Source: Coleofasciculus chthonoplastes F2-STO-03 (GTDB taxonomy: Bacteria; Cyanobacteriota; Cyanobacteriia; Cyanobacteriales; Coleofasciculaceae). Taken from it: a stretch of DNA of 64,000 nucleotides. Location: the NCBI GenBank assembly GCA_040222015.1, contig JAVJWO010000193.1:32001-96000 (forward strand). The letters run 5' to 3'. Made by a program: the position numbers and the translations under genes. Position 1 is the first letter of the stretch. Every line of letters begins with the position of its first letter. Under the pieces are notes generated by a model that saw only the letters and a program-made list of their open reading frames with translations, was not told the DNA's origin and searched no databases. Of the stretch, positions 62,729 through 64,000 are shown in pieces.

Positions 62729-63898
62729 GTGAGTCTGGGTAAATGGATTGGCATACTTGTTTTTATCATTTCACTATTTGTTTTGTGGCAAATTCGGCAG
62801 ATTCTCCTGCTTATATTTGCCGCAATTGTGATATTTAATGCCTTAAATATTCTGGTAGAACGATTCCAGAGATCTGGAATTCAGCGATTTTTTGCAGTTC
62901 TGCTGTCGCTTTTTCTCCTCCTGTGCATTCTGGTCGGATTTTACTTCCTAATTGTCCCTCCTTTTACCGAACAATTTTTACAACTGAGTGAGTTAGTCCC
63001 TCAAGGTATTGAACAATTAAGCAAATGGATAGAAGCTTTAGAAGCCGATATTTCCTCGGAATTACTCGATCAGTACATCCCAGATATTAACCAATTACTG
63101 CAACAGCTTCCTCCCTTGATAAATCGGGTATTAGGGGGCGGATTCACGTTTTTCAATAATGCTTTGGGTGTCCTCCTGAATAGTTTGCTTGTTTTAGTAT
63201 TAACACTAATGCTCCTTGCCGATCCTCACCCTTACCGGAAAAGCTTTGTTCGCCTTTTTCCGTCATTCTATCGGCGTCGAGTTGATGAAATTTTGCAGCG
63301 GTGTAATGAAGCATTGCGAGGATGGCTAGCCGGCATTCTGTTTAACATGGCAGTCATTTCATTGTTAAGTTTTTTCGGCTTACTGCTATTGGGAATTCCC
63401 CTGGCACTGGCACAAGCTACGTTAGCGGGGATTTTAACATTTATTCCCAATCTTGGACCCGTAGTGAGTGTGATCCCACCCATTGCGATCGCGCTGCTAG
63501 ATTCGCCATGGAAAGCCATTGCTGTATTGATTCTCTATATTGTGATTCAGCAGGTTGAAAGTAATTTACTCACACCTTTAGTCATGGCGCAACAGGTATC
63601 CCTGTTACCCGCTATAACATTGCTAGCCCAGTTATTTTTCGTCACCTTCTTTGGATTTTTAGGGTTATTGTTAGCCCTTCCCCTAACAGTAGTGGCTCAG
63701 GTTTGGCTCAAGGAGGTTCTCGTTAACGATATTCTTGACAAATGGCATCATCCGAGTCACAAGGATGCTCAACCTGTGGCAACAACGTTTGCTGTCTCTC
63801 CCACTGCTGATATGGTAAGGGATGAGGGAGATGGGGGAGCTGGGGGAGCTGGGGGAGCTGGGGAAGCTGGGGAAGCTGGGGAAGCAAATGACCAATGA
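62729..63898 (+). CDS. AI-2E family transporter
   Basis: Multi-TM, FIPNLGP, QQVESNLLTP, LALPL. Confidence 0.92.
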   Translation: MSLGKWIGILVFIISLFVLWQIRQILLLIFAAIVIFNALNILVERFQRSGIQRFFAVLLSLFLLLCILVGFYFLIVPPFTEQFLQLSELVPQGIEQLSKWIEALEADISSELLDQYIPDINQLLQQLPPLINRVLGGGFTFFNNALGVLLNSLLVLVLTLMLLADPHPYRKSFVRLFPSFYRRRVDEILQRCNEALRGWLAGILFNMAVISLLSFFGLLLLGIPLALAQATLAGILTFIPNLGPVVSVIPPIAIALLDSPWKAIAVLILYIVIQQVESNLLTPLVMAQQVSLLPAITLLAQLFFVTFFGFLGLLLALPLTVVAQVWLKEVLVNDILDKWHHPSHKDAQPVATTFAVSPTADMVRDEGDGGAGGAGGAGEAGEAGEANDQ

Positions 63899-63934
63899 CC
63901 AATGACCAATGACCAATGACCAATGACCAATGAC
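63832..63934 (+). repeat. Six 9-mers TGGGG(G/A)AGC followed by about seven AATGACC STRR-type heptamers
   Basis: Read directly; spans the transporter stop codon. Confidence 0.95.
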
Positions 63935-64000
63935 GAATAACAACTTTTTATCGTGCGAACCTTAGCTGATATCAATGATAAAATTCACCATCGACGAGCT

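Noticed and set aside
62233..62769. ORFs 62233-62484, 62290-62769 and 62557-62742
   Set aside because: Overlap a better-supported gene and run through 9-mer low-complexity repeats

Overview
Chromosomal window from a filamentous cyanobacterium (psbB-psbT-nrdR-rps1, HIP1 octamers GCGATCGC, STRR heptamers; the style recalls Coleofasciculus-like Oscillatoriales, which is inference). From left to right: (1) a >1640-aa beta-propeller/PAS/His-kinase/receiver/adenylate-cyclase gene that the ORF track missed because it runs off the edge; (2) an intact IscB-omegaRNA element inserted just upstream of it; (3) a three-gene unit with two paralogous ~73-aa LigA/borosin-binding-domain-like peptides flanking an Old Yellow Enzyme homologue whose catalytic motif is replaced. 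This unit is the best candidate for an undescribed system, possibly RiPP-like. (4) A two-component pair, an HdrB-like gene and a Uma2 gene; (5) a ~42-kb divergent surface-polysaccharide locus, with an AT-rich CDP-sugar/Wzx-Wzy arm and a wzz-pglF-ligase-wzt-GT arm separated by a decaying tandem array of Uma2/UPF0175/DUF3368/DUF29/DUF4058 modules; (6) a non-autonomous IS607-type TnpB element between nrdR and rps1; (7) psbT, psbB and an AI-2E transporter. Many REP-like hairpins and TA-flanked MITEs are present, some inside genes. No CRISPR array, tRNA or rRNA was seen. All family calls are by motif recognition without database searches.
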